Both the position numbers and the translations under genes were made by a program. From Polyangiales bacterium (GTDB taxonomy: Bacteria > Myxococcota_A > Polyangia > Polyangiales > Polyangiaceae): DNA of 40,659 bases. The stretch is taken from NCBI GenBank assembly GCA_038230375.1, contig JBBRNJ010000078.1, positions 1 through 40,659 on the forward strand. Direction: 5' to 3'. The notes beneath the pieces were generated by a model. That model did no database searches. It was not told the DNA's origin and saw only the letters and a program-made list of their open reading frames with translations. Position 1 is the first letter of the stretch, and every line of letters begins with the position of its first letter. Positions 17,831 to 27,229 of this stretch are shown in pieces.

Positions 17831-18784
17831 ATGAATCGCACATTCGCCACGTCGTCGGTCCTCCTGGCTCTCGTTCTTGCGTGCGGCACGTCCTCCTCAG
17901 GCGGCGGGGGAGGTGGTGGTGGCGGAGGCGATGGTGGCACCGAGGGTGGTGTCGACGTCACCGAGGGCGGCGTGAACGGGTCGGACAGCGGCGGCGGCGG
18001 CGCGGACACCGGGCAGAACCCACCCCCGAGCCTGTGGAACGTCACCGGCGAGAAGATCGACATCAACGGGACCAGCCGTACGTACACCCTGAGCGTCCCG
18101 AAGAACTACGACGCTGCGAAGAAGTATCCGCTCGTGTTCGTGTTCCACGGCGACGGCGGCAACGGCGGTTCGCTCCGCGGTTACTTCTTCTTCGAGGCCG
18201 CTAGCGGAACGGACGCCATCGTCGTCTACCCCGACGCCATCGACGCGACCTGGGATCTCTACGACACGGATCCGAACAACAAGGATTTCCCGTTCATCGC
18301 GTCCGTTATTGACAAGGTTGCCAATAGCTTCACTGTCGACAAGGCCCGCGTGTTCGCTGCGGGCTGGTCGAATGGCGGGTTCTTCGCCAACGAGCTCGCG
18401 TGCAACAGGCCCGGGCTCATCGCCGCCATCGCGTCCAACTCTGGAGGCGCGCCCGGAACCGATCAGATGAACTGGCCGCTGCACTACCCAAGCGGCGACT
18501 TCAAGTGCGTGAACAACGAGGCGCCCGTCCCGGCGTTCATCGTGCAGGGCGCCGTCGACGGTACGGTGACGAAGGACAGCGGCGAGTACGACGGTGCCTA
18601 CTGGGCCTACGTGAACGGGTGCGCCACCACGACCATGGCGGTCGGACCCGCGCCGTGCATCCAGTACGACGCATGCCCCGCGGGGCAGGGCGTCGTCTAT
18701 TGCGAGATCCCGAACATGGGCCACGCCATCTGGCAGAACACGGCGGCCGGCGCGTGGGCGTTCTTCAAGACCCAGAAGCCCTGA
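17831..18784 (+). CDS. Alpha/beta-hydrolase esterase lipoprotein (LpqC / PHB depolymerase-like)
   Basis: Lipobox VLACG, Gly linker, PLVFVFHG, GWSNGG nucleophile elbow, GAVD and MGHAIW. Confidence 0.85.
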   Translation: MNRTFATSSVLLALVLACGTSSSGGGGGGGGGGDGGTEGGVDVTEGGVNGSDSGGGGADTGQNPPPSLWNVTGEKIDINGTSRTYTLSVPKNYDAAKKYPLVFVFHGDGGNGGSLRGYFFFEAASGTDAIVVYPDAIDATWDLYDTDPNNKDFPFIASVIDKVANSFTVDKARVFAAGWSNGGFFANELACNRPGLIAAIASNSGGAPGTDQMNWPLHYPSGDFKCVNNEAPVPAFIVQGAVDGTVTKDSGEYDGAYWAYVNGCATTTMAVGPAPCIQYDACPAGQGVVYCEIPNMGHAIWQNTAAGAWAFFKTQKP

Positions 18785-18820
18785 CGCACGCGCGCATTCA
18801 GCCGGGCGAGTCGTGAGCGG

Positions 18821-20332
18821 TCACTTGAACGCGTTGCAGACGTTCGCGTTCACGAACGGCGTGCTTGCGACGCAGGTGAACGTGCCCGGATCGCAGACGA
18901 AGGACGTGCACTCCGGATCGGAGCCGCACGCCGAGCCGTTGGCCTTCGACGGCGCGCACGTCCACGTGTTCTCCGCCGTGTAGGCGCCCGCCGCAATGCC
19001 ATTGCAGTAGAGGGCGACGGGCGTCTCGCTCCCGCGCTTGGAGCACATCTCCTGGCCCTGGTCGTATCGCTGATCGATCGAGCCGCCCTTGTAGGCGACC
19101 TCGCAGCTGGTGCCGGACGCGTGGAGCGCCTTGCACGTGCCGCTGCCCGCGACGGCGAGCTCGCAAGTGGCATTGCCGGCGCACTCCACCGATGCGGTGC
19201 ATGCTCCACCGAGCGCCACGTTGCCAGTGAGCGCAGCCATGCAGTTCGCGACGTTCGTCTTCACGGTGCTGCCGAGCGCCGTGCAGCTGGCCGTGTTGCC
19301 GACGGCGGTGAGGCAGCTGGATCGTGAAGCGGGATTGATGGTGACGTTCGCGGGGCTCGCCGAGTACAGCCCTCGCCCCGTCGCCTCGTAGCCGAGCGCA
19401 TCGAAGATCTGGCGACAGGACAGCGGCTTCATGATGTAGCCAGGCTGGATGGCGGAGCAGCAACCAGACACACGACCGCACAGGACTGCCGCGACCTCGT
19501 CGGCGAAATCCACGACCGTGTTGTTGGTTGCGCCGCCATGCTGCGAGATGGCCCACTGGAGGAACGCGTACACGTCCGTGTCGAGACGCGCCCAGTAATC
19601 CAGCCATTTTGCGGACGGATCGAAGCGCGTCTCCGTGCCGATGAGCGTGTGCGTGCCTTCGAGGAAGAGAGGCCCGCCAGAGTCACCGCCGTCCGTGATG
19701 CGCGACGTGTTGTTGTCGTGCGTGTAGCCGTTCGCGGGCCCGGACAGCGTGACGGGCGCACTGAGGACCAGGCCCGCTGCAGAGGAGATGAACGCCCGTC
19801 CGACCGCGGAGACCGTGGGGTGCGTGGGGCCAATCGGGTACACCGTGGCGTCCCACGTGGGCAGCGTGACGCCGCTGATCGCCGTGTCCAGATAGATGAG
19901 GCCAATGTCGTGGAGCGCGGCGTCGGTCGAGTCGTAGTTGACGACGCTCAGCGTATAGAACGCGGGATCGTAGGGCTCCCCGGAGGACGCCGTGCGGGTC
20001 TGCGCACCGCCGGCCGCGAACGGCGCGGTCACCGTCCAGGTGCCGTGAGGGCCAGCTCCGTCGTCGTCGGGGTTGAACGAGACACAGTGCGATGCGGTGA
20101 GCACCACGCGCGGTGCGATGACGACGCCGGAGCAGAAGTCGTTCGCGTTGTTGTGGACGCTGACCTGCACGGCCTCCGTGTATGCGGCCGCGGAGCGCTG
20201 CGGATTCAGGATGTCCGAGGAGATCGCGGCCGTGTCCTCGGGTGCCGGCGCGCCTGCCGCGCAGCCCACCGCGAGCACCCCAAGGGCACACAAGATCATG
20301 GTGGCTGCTCCGCCACGAAGTCCCCGCATCAT
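18821..20332 (-). CDS. Trypsin-like S1 serine protease lipoprotein with C-terminal 20-Cys domain
   Basis: Lipobox LAVGC and an intact triad (LTASHC, HDIGLI, GDSGGP), followed by a Cys-rich C-terminal half. Confidence 0.85.
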   Translation of the reverse strand: MMRGLRGGAATMILCALGVLAVGCAAGAPAPEDTAAISSDILNPQRSAAAYTEAVQVSVHNNANDFCSGVVIAPRVVLTASHCVSFNPDDDGAGPHGTWTVTAPFAAGGAQTRTASSGEPYDPAFYTLSVVNYDSTDAALHDIGLIYLDTAISGVTLPTWDATVYPIGPTHPTVSAVGRAFISSAAGLVLSAPVTLSGPANGYTHDNNTSRITDGGDSGGPLFLEGTHTLIGTETRFDPSAKWLDYWARLDTDVYAFLQWAISQHGGATNNTVVDFADEVAAVLCGRVSGCCSAIQPGYIMKPLSCRQIFDALGYEATGRGLYSASPANVTINPASRSSCLTAVGNTASCTALGSTVKTNVANCMAALTGNVALGGACTASVECAGNATCELAVAGSGTCKALHASGTSCEVAYKGGSIDQRYDQGQEMCSKRGSETPVALYCNGIAAGAYTAENTWTCAPSKANGSACGSDPECTSFVCDPGTFTCVASTPFVNANVCNAFK

Positions 20333-20420
20333 CGCTTCATCGTACGGATATTGCGCCCCTCCGCCAGAGGAAACGCGGGGGCAGATGTGCGCAGCGGCGT
20401 CGGCTCGGTGCAGTTCGCCC

Positions 20421-21641
20421 TCAGTTCGGGGGCGCGAAGATGCCTACGAGCGCACCTATGGTCTCATCCGCCGCGTTCTCGGCCGCTTTTCCGCCCTGGT
20501 TCACGGCCACGAGCAGGGCCAGGTTCTTCGCGGGCAGCACCCAGGTGAGCGCGCGGATCGCGGGATCACGCGATCCGTAGTTGAGCGCTAGACCCGCGCC
20601 GGCCCACGATCGAGAGACCGCATACCAGCCGCGCGCGTGTGTCGCATCGACCGGGAGCTGGAGCTCGTCGAATGAGGGCGGCTTGAGGACAACGGTGGTT
20701 GCACCACGCGCACCTCCCAGATGCAGGTCGATCAACTTCGCCCAGTCGCGGAGTGCGCACCGGAGCCCTTGCGCAGGCGCGAACGCCGTGGGCGGCTCGT
20801 CCACGAAACCCGGCCAGATGGGCGCCGCCACGTCCGACATCACCACGTGGCCCCAGGGAACGGCCGGGTGGACGCCCAGGTCGCTTTGCACCACCGTGCA
20901 CGTCTTCATCTCGAGCGGCGCGAACACGCGCGCCTGTGCCAGCACTTCCCACGACGTGCCCGTGACGTGCTCCATCATCACCGCCGCGAGCAGGAAGCTC
21001 GCATCCGATTCGGCGAAGCTGCCGTGCGCAACCTCGGGCGGAGCGGCAAGGAGCGAGCGCGCTGCCTGGTCGCGCAGTGCGCGTGGCTCGCCCGATCTTC
21101 GCGCGTCGCTCACCACTGCGGCGGGAATGACTCTTGGCGCGCCTCCCAGCTGCGCAAGCAGATCCGCGAGTGTCACATCCGTGTAGGCTGCATGCATCGG
21201 AACGTCGGGCATCGCGGCGGCGAGCTTGGTCTTCCATCCCAGAAGGCCGTCCTGCACCAGCGTTGCCGCGATGGTCGCCGTGAGCGTCTGCGCCGCACCG
21301 CCGATGTGGAAGAGATCATCGGTGGTGACCTTCGTCGGATCGCCGAGCTCGCGCACGCCTACCGCTCCGACCCCAAGGACGTCGCTGCCGCCCAGCACGA
21401 GCGCCGAGAGCGCAGGTAGATCGTACTTCGCGCGAATGGTCTCCAGCAGCGGGGCCAGGTCCTGGTTCTTCGGCGGGCCAGGCATGTCGGCTGCGGCGTC
21501 GGGCAGCAACGTGCCAAGGCCCCCGTCCTTCGTTGTGCCTCCGCCACCGTGGTCGCTATTCCCCGACGTGCCGCATGCGCCAAGGGCGAGCGCGACGAGG
21601 AGCGGTGCCGCAGGCCCTCCGAATGCGCGTCGTCGGTCCAT
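20421..21641 (-). CDS. Beta-lactamase/serine-hydrolase-fold lipoprotein with degenerate active site
   Basis: Lipobox LGACG. Family motifs are present, but SxxK reads FHIGGAAQT and YxN reads FAESD. TATACT lies 7 nt before the ATG. Confidence 0.8.
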   Translation of the reverse strand: MDRRRAFGGPAAPLLVALALGACGTSGNSDHGGGGTTKDGGLGTLLPDAAADMPGPPKNQDLAPLLETIRAKYDLPALSALVLGGSDVLGVGAVGVRELGDPTKVTTDDLFHIGGAAQTLTATIAATLVQDGLLGWKTKLAAAMPDVPMHAAYTDVTLADLLAQLGGAPRVIPAAVVSDARRSGEPRALRDQAARSLLAAPPEVAHGSFAESDASFLLAAVMMEHVTGTSWEVLAQARVFAPLEMKTCTVVQSDLGVHPAVPWGHVVMSDVAAPIWPGFVDEPPTAFAPAQGLRCALRDWAKLIDLHLGGARGATTVVLKPPSFDELQLPVDATHARGWYAVSRSWAGAGLALNYGSRDPAIRALTWVLPAKNLALLVAVNQGGKAAENAADETIGALVGIFAPPN

Positions 21642-21654
21642 CCAATGCAGTATA

Positions 21655-22407
21655 TCAGGCCCGGAGCACAGAGGTGAGGAGCGCAGCAACCTCTCCCACC
21701 CGCGCGAGATCCTTCGGTCGCGAGAGCTGCACGGCGACGACCGACAAGGACAGCTCGGCGACTCGGCGGGCCTCCAGCGCCAGGAGCTCGCGGTCGTCGA
21801 TCGCAAAGCGAACGAAGCTCTGTACCCACGCGCGCGCGCGCAGCATCGGCGCAAGCGGAGCCAGCACGGGCGTCTCGCGCTCCGCGAACGCGAGCGTGAT
21901 CACCGCGGCCAGCCTGGTGGGGCCGCGAGCAAGCGAACGAGCATGCCGCACGAGCTTCGGGCCCGCACCGCCGGGTGAGAGCCAGAGGACCGACTCGGTC
22001 GGGAGGACGTCGTACCCGCCGGCTGCGTCAGCCAGCGCGATCGCGTCGTCCGCGAGGAGCTCCCAGCCGTGGTCATGCACCAGCGCGTGGGCGAGCGTGG
22101 ACTTGCCGTCCCCACTGCGTCCGAGCAGCAGCAGCGCGCGCCCATTCTTTGCGATGGCGGCACCGTGGAGGGCGATCTCACCGCGAAGATGACGCAGGAG
22201 GAGCATGGCGCTGCCGCCTTCGATCTTCTTGCGCGCCTCCTCCGGACAGCTCGGCTCGAACGTCAGCCGGGGTGCCTCGCCGCGGGCCTTCGCGCGCAGG
22301 GTCGCCACGCCGGTCCATTCCGCGACGTGGTCATCCCCGTCCTTGCCTATGCGGAAGGACCCGAAAGGTTCGTCGTGCACGGCCAGCCAGCGCGTGTTCC
22401 CGCTCAT
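21655..22407 (-). CDS. HPr-kinase-related kinase (lasso module A)
   Basis: LHGAAI, Walker A GRSGDGKST and LLADD. ATGA overlap with the cyclase stop. Confidence 0.85.
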   Translation of the reverse strand: MSGNTRWLAVHDEPFGSFRIGKDGDDHVAEWTGVATLRAKARGEAPRLTFEPSCPEEARKKIEGGSAMLLLRHLRGEIALHGAAIAKNGRALLLLGRSGDGKSTLAHALVHDHGWELLADDAIALADAAGGYDVLPTESVLWLSPGGAGPKLVRHARSLARGPTRLAAVITLAFAERETPVLAPLAPMLRARAWVQSFVRFAIDDRELLALEARRVAELSLSVVAVQLSRPKDLARVGEVAALLTSVLRA

Positions 22408-24053
22408 GCGCGGGCCCGTGCGAGCCATGACTCGGTGGCAAGGAGCGAGAGCAGCTCGCCGTCATGGTCGGAGCCGCTCAGGTGTGCGGTCGAGAGCGCG
22501 GCGTTCGCAGCAGCCCCATCCACGACCTCGAGCGCGGCGAGCGCGGCGAAGCGGTCCGCGCTGCGGCTCCTGTCGGCTGCGATCAACGCCGCGTGCAGAG
22601 GGCGAAAGGACGCCTTCCCCGGGCGTGCGATCAGCGTTGGCGGCAAGAGCTCCGCCAGGGCATCGCGGAAGAGGCCGCGGCGCCGGCCCTTCGCAAGGAG
22701 AAACTCCGGTCGGAGCGAGAGGGCGAACGTCACGAGCTCGTGGCAGAGGTACGGGTCGGCGCGAAGAATCCCGGACAGCGCCTCCTCTTGTGCGCGCAGC
22801 TCCGAGAGCCGCGCAAGCTCGCTCGAGAAGAAAGCACGCGATAGTCGCGTCTCGGCGCCTTGCTCGATCGGTGGCGGGATGTCGCGCGTGCGTGCCCACT
22901 CATCTTCGCGCGCCCGTCGCAGGCGTGGGCCGTCGAACGCGCGAACCGCAGGCCTGTCGGGTCGACCCCGGATGGCTCGGACGGATCGCCGAACGGTCGC
23001 CGGCAGGAAGCGCCGCACGAGTGGAACCAGCGCTCGTCTCGCTCCTACCGCGAACGACGCATCATCGTACGCACGCCCGACGCCGATGGCGCGCGCCAGG
23101 CCGCCGCGCAGGACAAGGCGCGACGCCGCCTCCGGATCGCCGTCCAGGCACGCGTCCGCGAACGCGCCGGACAGCACGACGGTGGCTCCCCACTCCCTTG
23201 CGCGCGCGAGCAACGTCGCCTCCAGCGCGCCGCTTGGCCATATCAGCGGCAGCCCGGCCGCCTCGGCGCCAAGGTCGAAGGCCTGATCGCCAACGGACAC
23301 GCGGCATGGCGTCACGCGATGGGCGCGAGCAAGGTCGGTGAGGTACGGACGGTCGGTGTCTTCGCCGGCGAAGTCGATCGCGAACGCGTTCACCTCGTGG
23401 TGCAGGCCGTGCGCGATCGCGAGCAACGCAGCCGAGTCGAGGCCTCCGCCCGTGAGCACGCCGACACGGCCAGGTCCGGCACCCACGGCGTTCGCCACCG
23501 CGCGCGTCAGCACTTCCAGCAGCTCATGGGAGCGCGCCCGGTCCGCGGCGGGCCGAGGCGGCGAGAGGCGCGTGAGCGACCATCCGCTTCTCGTGACGGC
23601 CGCGTGCATGCCTGTCGCAAGCTCCAGGACTTCACGGTAGATGGAACGCTCGCCCAGGGCGGGTAGATGCGCACAACGTGAGGCGAGCACGTCCGCGTCG
23701 AGCGTCACCGGCAGGTCGAGCACGCGCGACGCACGGACCATCCAGCCGAGGTCCGTCGATGCAAGGACGCCATCCGCGCAGGCGCGCAGATACGTGGGGC
23801 GGCCACCAAAGCCGCTTCGCGTGACGGACAGCTCTGGCGAGCCGTCCATCGCCACGAGCTCCGCAAACGGCAGCGGCGAATGCCCGAGGCGCGCGCCGCT
23901 CGCAATCGCAACGCTCGGTGCGCACGCCAGGACGAGCGCGTGCTGACCGTCTTCGTACGCTCGCGTGACGAGAGGCCTGCGACCTGGTGCATCGCCCTCG
24001 TGCGCGATGAGTCTGGATGCGTCGCGCGCGCTTCCCACGTACGCGAGGATCAC
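22404..24053 (-). CDS. Asparagine-synthetase-like lasso cyclase (module A)
   Basis: PP-loop TGGGLDS, VLSGAFAD, ADPYLCHELV and RPGKASF. No N-terminal catalytic Cys. Starts 7 nt after the precursor stop. Confidence 0.8.
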   Translation of the reverse strand: MILAYVGSARDASRLIAHEGDAPGRRPLVTRAYEDGQHALVLACAPSVAIASGARLGHSPLPFAELVAMDGSPELSVTRSGFGGRPTYLRACADGVLASTDLGWMVRASRVLDLPVTLDADVLASRCAHLPALGERSIYREVLELATGMHAAVTRSGWSLTRLSPPRPAADRARSHELLEVLTRAVANAVGAGPGRVGVLTGGGLDSAALLAIAHGLHHEVNAFAIDFAGEDTDRPYLTDLARAHRVTPCRVSVGDQAFDLGAEAAGLPLIWPSGALEATLLARAREWGATVVLSGAFADACLDGDPEAASRLVLRGGLARAIGVGRAYDDASFAVGARRALVPLVRRFLPATVRRSVRAIRGRPDRPAVRAFDGPRLRRAREDEWARTRDIPPPIEQGAETRLSRAFFSSELARLSELRAQEEALSGILRADPYLCHELVTFALSLRPEFLLAKGRRRGLFRDALAELLPPTLIARPGKASFRPLHAALIAADRSRSADRFAALAALEVVDGAAANAALSTAHLSGSDHDGELLSLLATESWLARARA

Positions 24054-24060
24054 GACTCGT

Positions 24061-24225
24061 TCACATTGCCATCACGAAGGTGCCAGCGCCTTCGGCGATG
24101 CCGGACGATCCGCCGAGCGTGAGCTCGCGCACCGAACCGAGACGGACAAGGCGGGGGGCCTCGTACGGTCTCCGCGGCTGCGGCGCCTCCGGCACGGGGA
24201 TGGCCGCGTCTTTCGAGGGCGTCAC
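24061..24225 (-). CDS. Lasso peptide precursor A (54 aa, not in ORF track): MTPSKDAAIPVPEAPQPRRPYEAPRLVRLGSVRELTL-GGSSGIAEGAGTFVMAM
   Basis: Hand-translated from a GTG start. Has the YxxPxL...GxxxxxT leader motif, Thr at -2, core Gly1 and Glu8. Directly upstream of the cyclase. Confidence 0.88.
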   Translation of the reverse strand: MTPSKDAAIPVPEAPQPRRPYEAPRLVRLGSVRELTLGGSSGIAEGAGTFVMAM

Positions 24226-24300
24226 GACCCCACGCTATCCGCACCGTCGGGGCATGGCAACGTCGGCGTCAACGCCGTCGCGCCATGATACAATGCTGTC

Positions 24301-26136
24301 GTGCGCATCGCGCTGCTCTACCCCCCTCCCTGGAAGATCGCAGAGCCAGACGCGCCCGCCTACGGCGCGGATGAGGGCCCGCCCGACGACTATTCCGCGG
24401 GCGACCTCGACGCGGATTTCTACCAGACGCCGTGGGGCCTCTTCGCGCTCGGCGCCCAGGCCATGCGGGCGGGGCACTCCGTCAAGATCGCGAACCTGTC
24501 CTCCTTTCCGTGGCGCGCAGTGGAGAAGCTCGTCGATGAGCTCGACGCGGACGTCTATGGCCTCTCGTGCTGGACGGCGAACCGCCGCGGCGTCGACTAC
24601 ATATCGCGCGCGATCAAGGCGCGCCGCCCGAACGCGCACGTCGTGGTGGGCGGTCCGCATGCGACGCCGCTCGCAAACGAGGTGCTCGCGCAGTACACGG
24701 CGGTCGACACCGTGGTCACCGGCGAGGGGGACACCACGTTCCTCGAGATCATCTCGCGGCTCGCGGCCGGCACGAGCACGCGCGGAATCGCAGGTAGCGT
24801 GTATCGCGACGACTCCGGGCGGGCAGTGCACGGCCCGGAGCGCGCCAACATCGAGGACCTCGACACGCTCGCGTCTCCACACGAGTACTTCGACACGCAC
24901 ATCGTCATGACCTCGCGCGGGTGCCCGTGGGCCTGCACGTTCTGCGGCGCGGAGACCACGTGGGGTCGCGGCTTCCGCAGTCAGTCGGTGGCCTACACGC
25001 TGCACGCGCTGCGGCGCGCTGCGGACCGGCTGCCCGTGAAGATGCTCCAGATCAAGGACGACACGTTCACCACGCACAAGAAGCGCGTCCTCGAGCTCTG
25101 CGAGACGATGCGCCGCGAGGGTCCGAACGTTCTCTGGAGCTGCGACACGCGCGTGGACCTCCTGTCCGAGGAGCTCTTGCGGGCCATGCGCCTGGCAGGT
25201 TGTCAGCGCCTCTCGCTCGGCGTGGAGTCAGGATCTCCCGACATCCTCAAGCGCATCGACAAGAAGATCACGCCGGAGGAGATCCTTGCCAGCACGCTGC
25301 TGGCGAAGAAGTTCGGCATCAAGGTCCGCTACTACATGATGCTGGGCAACCGCGGCGAGACGCGGCAGACCTTCGACGAGACGCTCGCTTTCCTGGAGAA
25401 GGCGGCCCCGCACGAGTACGTGTTCTCGTGCCTGTCGATCTACCCAGGCACGCGTGACTTCGACGCCGCCGAGAAGACGTGGCTCGACAGGAACGTGTAC
25501 TTTACAGGTAAGTTCCAGGAGCTGAAGACCCCGTTCGACGCCTCCGACGAGGACACCGCCTACTTCAACGCCTGGTTCCGGGATCACAACGGCCTGCGCG
25601 AGGGCTGGAAGGAGTCCACCGCGGACTTCCGCGCCGTGGCGGAGGCGCTGGGCACACCGCACCATGCAGCGCACATGGACCTGGGCGCCGCGCTCTTCCA
25701 CGACGGAGATCTGGACGGCGCGGAGCGCGAAGTGCGTCGCGCGCTCGACCTTGGCTACCCGTGCCCTGGGCTCGCGCTGAACCACCTGGCGTGCATCGCG
25801 AAGGCGCGCGGCGATCTGGACGGCATGATGGAACGCTTCAGTGAGGCGGCGAAGAAGGACCCGCAGCACTACGTGCTCATCCAGAACGTGAACCGCGCGC
25901 GGGCATGGTTCAAGGCGGAAGGACCCGCAAAGAAGCTGCCGCTCGAGCTCGTGGTCCGCCACGATTTCCAGCTCCTCGAGCGCACCATGCAGCCAACGCT
26001 GCCGGGGCCGCTGCCGCCGGACTTCGTGACGTGGACGACCCCGGACACTGCGGTGCCGTCGCTCGACTACGTGAAGACGCCGAACATCGAGGGCTCGAAG
26101 AAGGAGCTCAAGACGCGCCTCAAGGTGGTTCGCTGA
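24301..26136 (+). CDS. Cobalamin-dependent radical SAM enzyme with C-terminal TPR-like region
   Basis: B12-binding domain (VVVGGPHAT, VVTGEGD), SRGCPWACTFC, LGVESGS and TPR-like HMDLGAALF...ALNHLACIA. Confidence 0.88.
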   Translation: MRIALLYPPPWKIAEPDAPAYGADEGPPDDYSAGDLDADFYQTPWGLFALGAQAMRAGHSVKIANLSSFPWRAVEKLVDELDADVYGLSCWTANRRGVDYISRAIKARRPNAHVVVGGPHATPLANEVLAQYTAVDTVVTGEGDTTFLEIISRLAAGTSTRGIAGSVYRDDSGRAVHGPERANIEDLDTLASPHEYFDTHIVMTSRGCPWACTFCGAETTWGRGFRSQSVAYTLHALRRAADRLPVKMLQIKDDTFTTHKKRVLELCETMRREGPNVLWSCDTRVDLLSEELLRAMRLAGCQRLSLGVESGSPDILKRIDKKITPEEILASTLLAKKFGIKVRYYMMLGNRGETRQTFDETLAFLEKAAPHEYVFSCLSIYPGTRDFDAAEKTWLDRNVYFTGKFQELKTPFDASDEDTAYFNAWFRDHNGLREGWKESTADFRAVAEALGTPHHAAHMDLGAALFHDGDLDGAEREVRRALDLGYPCPGLALNHLACIAKARGDLDGMMERFSEAAKKDPQHYVLIQNVNRARAWFKAEGPAKKLPLELVVRHDFQLLERTMQPTLPGPLPPDFVTWTTPDTAVPSLDYVKTPNIEGSKKELKTRLKVVR

Positions 26137-26139
26137 AGC

Positions 26140-26829
26140 CTAGTAACGGAAGCCCACTGACAGCACGAGCTGGCCGGTGGTGCCGCCGATGAACCCTTCG
26201 CCGCGCGCGGCCACGTCGGCGAACGCGGCGTGGTCCCCACGGAAGCCGAAGCGGTAGACGTCCGCGCTGGTGTGGATGAACGCACCCGCCGTGTACGCCT
26301 GCGCGTGCCCATCGAACGTCGCCCGCTGGATGCGCAACGAACCGATGAACGCGCCACCACCGAAGCGAAAACGCGACGAGCGCCCGTCCATGCCGAGCCC
26401 AACCGACCCGTCGATCACACGAAGTCCCGCGGTGCTGTCGCCGTAGAGCAGATCGCCAAAGCCATAGATCGCGAGCTTGTCGTTGTGCACCCCAAGAGCA
26501 AGCCGGAAGTCCCCCAGCCGCTCCGCAATGTCGAACACGCGACCCACGGACAAGCCGATCGCCCCGGAGCCGTAAAGAGAGAAGCGAGCAGCACGACGAG
26601 AGGAGGGGGAGGAGGTCCAGGGCAAAGTCGAAGTGAAGGTCGGTGTCGAAGGCGAAGTCGAGGTCGAGGTCGGTGTCGAGGTCGAAGTCGAAGTCGAAGT
26701 CGAAGTCGAGGTCGAAGTCGGTGTCGTCGCCGGCTCTTCCGGTGGCGGCAGCGGTGGCAACTCCGCTCTCGCGATCGCGGGCCCTGCCAGCGCGCACGCC
26801 ACGACCACGCTCCCCAGCGCGCGCCTCAC
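26140..26829 (-). CDS. Putative small outer-membrane beta-barrel protein with Thr/Ser linker
   Basis: GTGA overlap with the upstream stop, signal peptide ending ARA, alternating beta strands and C-terminal LSVGFRY. Confidence 0.6.
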   Translation of the reverse strand: MRRALGSVVVACALAGPAIARAELPPLPPPEEPATTPTSTSTSTSTSTSTSTPTSTSTSPSTPTFTSTLPWTSSPSSRRAARFSLYGSGAIGLSVGRVFDIAERLGDFRLALGVHNDKLAIYGFGDLLYGDSTAGLRVIDGSVGLGMDGRSSRFRFGGGAFIGSLRIQRATFDGHAQAYTAGAFIHTSADVYRFGFRGDHAAFADVAARGEGFIGGTTGQLVLSVGFRY

Positions 26830-27167
26830 TTGCACAGCTCCACGTCGAACGCGGAGCCTGGTCCGCGCTCGCTGTCGGCCAGGAAGTTTCCCGAAAGTGC
26901 GCGCGCGCAGGTTCCGGATGCCACGAGCTCGATGCACGAGTCCTTGCGGATGCACTGGGAGGTCTTGATCGAGAAGCTCGGGCGAAGCGTCTCGCCGCAC
27001 GTTGTCTGGTATTCGCAGTTCCAGCCGCGGGCGTCCACGGTGGGGCAGCAGTGCGAGAGATGCGCGACTGCCTCCTCGCACTCGATCTCGTCGGGCCGGA
27101 TCTCGCCGCACGCATACGCCGCGAGCACGAGCAACACGATCACGGCGACGGAGGTGGCCCTCGGCAT
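26826..27167 (-). CDS. Small Cys-rich putative lipoprotein
   Basis: Signal ending AYAC followed by 9 further Cys. TAGTCT lies 7 nt before the ATG. Confidence 0.65.
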   Translation of the reverse strand: MPRATSVAVIVLLVLAAYACGEIRPDEIECEEAVAHLSHCCPTVDARGWNCEYQTTCGETLRPSFSIKTSQCIRKDSCIELVASGTCARALSGNFLADSERGPGSAFDVELCK

Positions 27168-27229
27168 CGTCGCCAGACTACCGCAGAGGACCCGCCAAGG
27201 TCCGCGAAAGTCAGCTACCCTCCCAGGCG

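Noticed and set aside
18821..20332. S1 protease as the substitute lasso leader peptidase
   Set aside because: It has a lipoprotein signal and would be exported, whereas cleavage must precede ATP-dependent cyclisation in the cytoplasm.
24050..24244. 64-aa minus-strand ORF from the track as the precursor
   Set aside because: It has no leader motif. The lasso-like peptide is in a different frame (24061-24225).
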